From an uncultured Haloferula sp. (GTDB lineage Bacteria > Verrucomicrobiota > Verrucomicrobiia > Verrucomicrobiales > Akkermansiaceae): a stretch of DNA of 64,000 bases. The stretch covers positions 1-64,000 of the forward strand of contig CBFGTS010000011.1 of NCBI GenBank assembly GCA_965652295.1, in the 5' to 3' direction. How positions within the stretch are numbered: position 1 is the first letter of the stretch; every line of letters begins with the position of its first letter. Shown in pieces: positions 59,477 to 64,000 of this stretch. A program made the position numbers and the translations under genes. The notes below the pieces were generated by a model. It was given only the letters and a program-made list of their open reading frames with translations, searched no databases and was not told the origin of the DNA.

Positions 59477-60273
59477 TGCCTTCGACGAAAACCTATGCCT
59501 GTGCCCTGGTGACCGGAGCCTCCTCCGGTCTCGGGGCCGAATTCGCCCGGCAACTCGCCGGGCGCTGTCGTTTTCTGGTCCTGACGGCGCGGCGGGAAAC
59601 GTTGCTGCAAGCGCTGGCGGACGAGTTGCGTGCGGCGAATCCGAACCTCGAAGTGGCCGTGGTAGCCGCCGACGTCACCGAACCCGCCGATCGCGAGCGG
59701 ATCCTGGAGGCGTGCGAGGGGCGGCCCCCCGAACTCCTCGTCAACAACGCCGGAATGGGCGACTACGGCGAGTTCGTTTCCTCGGACTGGTCGAAGATCG
59801 AAAGGATGCTGCGCCTCAACGTCGAGGCCCTCACGGCGATGTCGCACGTCGTCGCCCCGTGGATGGTCGCGAACGGCGGCGGCGACATCATTCAGGTCAG
59901 CTCGCTGGCCAGCCTGATGCCGATCCCGGACTTCGCGGTTTACGCTGCGACGAAAGCCTACGTCTCCAGTTTTTCCGAAGCCCTGCGGTTGGAACTCCGC
60001 GAGCACGGCATCCGCGTCACCGCCCTGTGTCCCGGACCGGTGCACACGGAGTTTGGAAACGTGGCCCGCCGGGGTGAGTCGAAGGATGAGAGCCCGTTCC
60101 GAACTTGGGCTTACGTTCATGCGACACAGGTGGTGGAGGAAGCCTTGGCGGGAGTGGAGAGCAACCGGCCGAGGGTTTACCCCGGGCTGAAGATCGCGGC
60201 CGCGGCAGTGGTGCTGGGATTGATTCCCCTCGGGCTCATGCGCCTCGCGATGTCCACTCGGCCGCGGAGATAA
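59476..60273 (+). CDS. SDR family oxidoreductase
   Basis: TGASSGLG, NNAG, YAATK, LCPGPV.TEF. Confidence 0.95.
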   Translation: MPSTKTYACALVTGASSGLGAEFARQLAGRCRFLVLTARRETLLQALADELRAANPNLEVAVVAADVTEPADRERILEACEGRPPELLVNNAGMGDYGEFVSSDWSKIERMLRLNVEALTAMSHVVAPWMVANGGGDIIQVSSLASLMPIPDFAVYAATKAYVSSFSEALRLELREHGIRVTALCPGPVHTEFGNVARRGESKDESPFRTWAYVHATQVVEEALAGVESNRPRVYPGLKIAAAAVVLGLIPLGLMRLAMSTRPRR

Positions 60274-60284
60274 CTCCCGGCGAT

Positions 60285-62975
60285 CTACTTGCGGTCTTTG
60301 GCCCGCTGGTAACGCGAGCGGCGGTTGGAATCCTGTGAGGGTGTCGTGACCTCGGGCTTTGGCGTGGGCTTCGGAGCCTCGGCCGCGGCCAGATGCGGCT
60401 GCCTGGGTGCCTTGGCGGGCTTCGGTTTCCGCTCGAATCGCAGGCGGCCGGGCAGGGGCATGCGCCAGCCGGTGCGGGTGACGAGGGCGTCGCCGAGAAG
60501 AAGGAACAGCAGCGAGCCGGCGAGCCAGGGGCGCAGACCCACGGCGCGCTCGCGGGCGGGGCGCAGCCAGGCTTCAGAGAGATCCAGTAGTTCACGTCCG
60601 CCGGTCTGGCGGGAAACGGTGCGGAGGTCCTCGATGCGTTCGGGATCGAAGGCCCACTCCACGGAGGCACCGACGGAAAGCGGACCGAAAGGAATCGCAT
60701 GCTCACCGATCTGGGCTGCGCCGCGCAGGACGGAGCCTTCCTCCAGATCGCGCGTGAGGGTGAAACGACCGGGCTCCATCCGCCGCCACGGGACGTCGTA
60801 GGGTGCGGTGAAATTGCCTTCCTCCAGCAGCCGGACTTTCGGCGGGGCGATGGCGAAGGTTTCACCCCACTCCTCGGGATCGTAGAGAAGATCCACCGTC
60901 AAGCGGGTGCCATCGAGCCGGTGCTTCAGCCCGATGCCGGGCGGCAGGTCCAGGCCCATCAGCCAGCGGGTCAGGGTTTGGGCGAAGTCGCCATACTGCG
61001 ACCACGCTCGCGTGCGATCGGAGAACTCGCCGCCGAGCGGAAAGGAAACAGCAGCGGTGCGGCCGAGCCCCCGACGGGCCTGGGCGACGAGCGGAGCGTG
61101 GTATTCGTCAGTGGTCACGAGCGAGACCGTGGCGTCCTCGCGGGCGTAGGAGAGGTTGTAGCCATCGACCTCGCCGGGCCACTCCAAGGGTTTCGGAGAA
61201 ACCTCCGCCCAGCGGCCGGACGGTAGCGCGCCGACGGGTGAATCAACGAACGCGGAGCGGGCGATGGTGACGGTTTCCTGGGCGAAAATTTTCGGGATAT
61301 CGACCGCCCGCTCGGAGAAGAAGATCCGGCCGTCGCCGCGCTTGGCGATGTCCTCAAGGAGCTGCGCGTCCGGGTCTTTGCGGGTGCCGAGGCCGATCAC
61401 GGAAACGGTGGCACCCTCCTTCTTCATTTCCTCCAGCAGGCGTTTGTAGTCGCCCGGTTCCTCGGAGTCCGCGGCGTCGGAGAAAAGGATCACGTGGCGG
61501 GTGCCGACCTGGGTTTTCTTGAGCTGGTCCCACGCCGCCTTGAGGCCCTCGTAAACGTAGATGCCACCGCCCATCGACTGCACCTTGCGCGCCTGTTTCT
61601 GGAGCTTCGCCTTGTTCGTGCCGATCCGCGTCATGGGGACGATCACGTGCGGCGCGCTGTCCACGGCGATGATGCTGACCTGATCCTGCATTCCTAGTAG
61701 TTCGATCGCCTCGGCCGCGCCGTTGTTGGCGAGGTCCATCTTGGTCACGTTCTTGCCGCCGGCGTTCACCGTCACGGCCATCGAGCCGGAGCGGTCGAGC
61801 ACCACGGCGAGCGCGACGGCGAGCTTGCGGTGCTCGTTCTTCAGCTCCATGGAGACCGGCAGCAGCGGATCGATGGACGACTGGAAATAGCCGCCCGAGC
61901 CGAAGGAATGCTTCCCGCCGACCATCAGGAAGCCGCCGGCCTGCTCGCGGACGAAGAAATCGAGCGCCTTCAGGAAGTCATCGGGCACCTCGTGGGCCGG
62001 GACGTTGTTGAAGATCACGGCGAGGCAGCCGGAGAGGCGGCCGGGCCGGAGCGACTGGGACTGCGATTCGACGTCCACGGTGAAATCCAGCGAGCGCAAC
62101 ACGCGGGCAAGCGGATCATCGGTGTAGTTCGAAACGATCAACACGCGCGGGCCGCCGGTGATTTCGATCCATTTCGACGAACGGTTGTTTCCCGGGTGGG
62201 CGTCGTTTTCCGGCACGATCTCGGCGCGGTATTCGAAGGAGCCGGTGACGGGGATACGATCGGTGAACTCGGCACGGCCGACGCCGTTGACCAGCTCGAC
62301 CTCGGTATCGAGCAGCTTTTGATCGCCGCGGTGGATGGCGAGCGGAAGTTTGTCATCGATCGAGCCGCGGACGGTGACCGAAAATAGGAACGGTTCGCCT
62401 GCCTGGCTGCGTTCCGGGAGGTCGATGCGGGCGATGCGGAAGTCATCGAGCGTTTCATCGCGGATGAGTCGGAAATCGACCGGGATGCCCCGCTTCTCAA
62501 GTTGTCCGGCGGCTTCGGTGAGCGGTTCGGTGGCGAAGCCGTCGGTGAAAACCAGCACGCGTGAGGAGCGGTTTTCATCGGCCAGCGCGGCGACGTGCGA
62601 CAGCGCGAGGCCGGTGCGGGTGAGCTTGCGCGAGCCGGTGAAGGTGTCGCCATCCTTGCCATGCTCGACGATTTCCGCGGCGTAGTCGTGGACGATGAGG
62701 CGGTCGCGTCGCGAGGGCTTCGCCTTCTCCAACAGCCGCTGCCACTCGGGCAGGCCCTTGTCGACGAGGTCTTCGGTCGAGTTCGAGCGATCGAGCAGGA
62801 CCCAGAGATCGACCGAGTCATCGCGGCGGACGAGAGTGGGATCGGCCAGCAGGGTGGCGGTCAGCAGGACCAGCAGCAGCCGCAGCGGCGAAAACACGTG
62901 CAGCCCGCGCCATACCCAGCCGATCAGGAGCACGGCGGGCAGGATGAGAAACCATTGGGGAGCGGCGAAAGTCAT
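60285..62975 (-). CDS. Membrane-anchored double-VWA / glutamine amidotransferase-like domain protein
   Basis: LLDRSNS and LDRSGS MIDAS motifs, FTDG/FSD, GGKHSFGSGGY, TM helices at both ends. Confidence 0.9.
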   Translation of the reverse strand: MTFAAPQWFLILPAVLLIGWVWRGLHVFSPLRLLLVLLTATLLADPTLVRRDDSVDLWVLLDRSNSTEDLVDKGLPEWQRLLEKAKPSRRDRLIVHDYAAEIVEHGKDGDTFTGSRKLTRTGLALSHVAALADENRSSRVLVFTDGFATEPLTEAAGQLEKRGIPVDFRLIRDETLDDFRIARIDLPERSQAGEPFLFSVTVRGSIDDKLPLAIHRGDQKLLDTEVELVNGVGRAEFTDRIPVTGSFEYRAEIVPENDAHPGNNRSSKWIEITGGPRVLIVSNYTDDPLARVLRSLDFTVDVESQSQSLRPGRLSGCLAVIFNNVPAHEVPDDFLKALDFFVREQAGGFLMVGGKHSFGSGGYFQSSIDPLLPVSMELKNEHRKLAVALAVVLDRSGSMAVTVNAGGKNVTKMDLANNGAAEAIELLGMQDQVSIIAVDSAPHVIVPMTRIGTNKAKLQKQARKVQSMGGGIYVYEGLKAAWDQLKKTQVGTRHVILFSDAADSEEPGDYKRLLEEMKKEGATVSVIGLGTRKDPDAQLLEDIAKRGDGRIFFSERAVDIPKIFAQETVTIARSAFVDSPVGALPSGRWAEVSPKPLEWPGEVDGYNLSYAREDATVSLVTTDEYHAPLVAQARRGLGRTAAVSFPLGGEFSDRTRAWSQYGDFAQTLTRWLMGLDLPPGIGLKHRLDGTRLTVDLLYDPEEWGETFAIAPPKVRLLEEGNFTAPYDVPWRRMEPGRFTLTRDLEEGSVLRGAAQIGEHAIPFGPLSVGASVEWAFDPERIEDLRTVSRQTGGRELLDLSEAWLRPARERAVGLRPWLAGSLLFLLLGDALVTRTGWRMPLPGRLRFERKPKPAKAPRQPHLAAAEAPKPTPKPEVTTPSQDSNRRSRYQRAKDRK

Positions 62976-62987
62976 GGGAAAAGCGCT

Positions 62988-63090
62988 GTGGCATGATCGT
63001 TCCGATCATGAAGGGGACGAGCTGGAACGATGAGAGGAGTTTTAAAGTGGTATGGGCATCGAGGGTTCATGATCGGGACGATCATGCCAC
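62988..63090. repeat. Inverted REP doublet (REPIN) GTGG-CATGATCG-TYC-CGATCATG-AA
   Basis: 25-bp copies at 62988-63012 (+) and 63066-63090 (-), one mismatch; canonical GT(A/G)G plus palindrome layout. Confidence 0.88.
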
Positions 63091-64000
63091 GGGTAGTTGG
63101 GTCGGGTTTTCGGGGGTGGGACGTTTCGAGAAATGCCAGGAGACGAGCACGAGCGCCAGCAGCAGCAGGACCCAGGCGCGCCACCAGTGGTCTTCGGTGG
63201 TGTGGCGATCGACAGCTTGTGAGCCGGCGTCGGCGAGGTCGCCCGCGGTGGCACAGAGCGTCAGATCCGCCTCGCGCGAATCGGCGAAATACAGGGCGGC
63301 GGAAAAGAGCTCGGTGCCCTGTTGCCGCACGCTGAGGTAGCCGGGTTCGGCGGGAGCTTGAAGCTGGATCGAGGACGCCGCAGGCAGCTGCCGGCTGAGT
63401 GTTTCGCCGATGCGGAGATCGGTGGTCGTAACACTGACCGGGAGGGCGGGGTCGGTGGCGAGCTGGAGAAGCTGGTTGGTTTCAAGATTGGCCGATGACG
63501 GCGCGACCCGCTGCTCGCGCAGGCTTTCCACAAAGCGATGGAGGCAGACGATGAAGGCCGGCTGGGTGGCGGCATTGGAGAGCCGGAGGTCGAAGTTGAA
63601 GCAGAGCTGGCGGGGGCCGGAGGCGGTTCCGCTGAGGAAGATCAGCGGTCGCTCGTCCTGCCACAGCAGCACCTTGTCGGCGGGCGCGCGGTCGAGTTGG
63701 ATGGTCTCGCGAACGAGCAGCGACTGCCAGTTCAGGCCGGTGACCAGCGGGTGATCCTCGGCCACGATGCCGCCCTTGAGAAACGCTCCGGCGCGGGTGC
63801 TGTCGTTGACGAAGACGATCGAATTTCCGTCAGGCAACGTCGGATCGAGCGGATCATAGGAGACGATCGAGAGGTCCGCCTGCGAGAGATCGCCCACCGG
63901 CTCGATGGCTTCCAGCGAGCGGGTCATGCGTTCGGCCAGAGTGTCGAACTCGGGAGCGGTGGCGGTGAAAAGCCGCACGGTCTTCGGCCGCGGGCGGACA
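63082..64000 (-). CDS. C-terminal part of a BatA/VWA-cluster membrane protein (5' end outside the window)
   Basis: Open frame to the edge; NFDLRLSN..QPAF, C-terminal TM WWRAWVLLLLALVLVSW; co-oriented with the VWA gene. Confidence 0.75.
   Translation of the reverse strand, partial: VRPRPKTVRLFTATAPEFDTLAERMTRSLEAIEPVGDLSQADLSIVSYDPLDPTLPDGNSIVFVNDSTRAGAFLKGGIVAEDHPLVTGLNWQSLLVRETIQLDRAPADKVLLWQDERPLIFLSGTASGPRQLCFNFDLRLSNAATQPAFIVCLHRFVESLREQRVAPSSANLETNQLLQLATDPALPVSVTTTDLRIGETLSRQLPAASSIQLQAPAEPGYLSVRQQGTELFSAALYFADSREADLTLCATAGDLADAGSQAVDRHTTEDHWWRAWVLLLLALVLVSWHFSKRPTPENPTQLPVA

Overview
High-GC bacterial chromosomal window. Gene content and lineage-typical secreted and repeat proteins suggest Verrucomicrobiaceae (Haloferula/Luteolibacter-like); this is inference, not a database result. 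It holds about 50 CDS, mostly housekeeping: leuB, ribH-nusB, mscL, rsmB, sufT, ffh, fabD, pheA-scpB, dksA-rpmG-rpsR-folE2, mfd, a PBP2-like transpeptidase and a PsrA-like TetR-RND efflux operon. It also carries carbohydrate and protein hydrolases (amylosucrase-like GH13, GH81 beta-1,3-glucanase, tricorn-like S41 protease), a Phd-VapC toxin-antitoxin pair and a CapW/BrxR-type WYL regulator at the left edge. I found no rRNA, tRNA, CRISPR array, transposase or prophage. The most unusual signals are non-coding. (1) A ~300-400 nt highly structured intergenic region between folE2 and mfd has hairpins repeatedly presenting UGGGGG loops, with a related hairpin upstream of the WYL gene; this is a candidate undescribed sRNA. 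(2) leuB is bracketed by a mosaic of inverted and direct repeats with 13-bp TIR-like ends. (3) Several REP/REPIN-like families are present, some supplying the stop codons of adjacent genes. Two short genes missing from the ORF track were found: rpmG and a 39-aa membrane peptide. Start codons were often moved from the ORF track to the most plausible in-frame start and are inferred.
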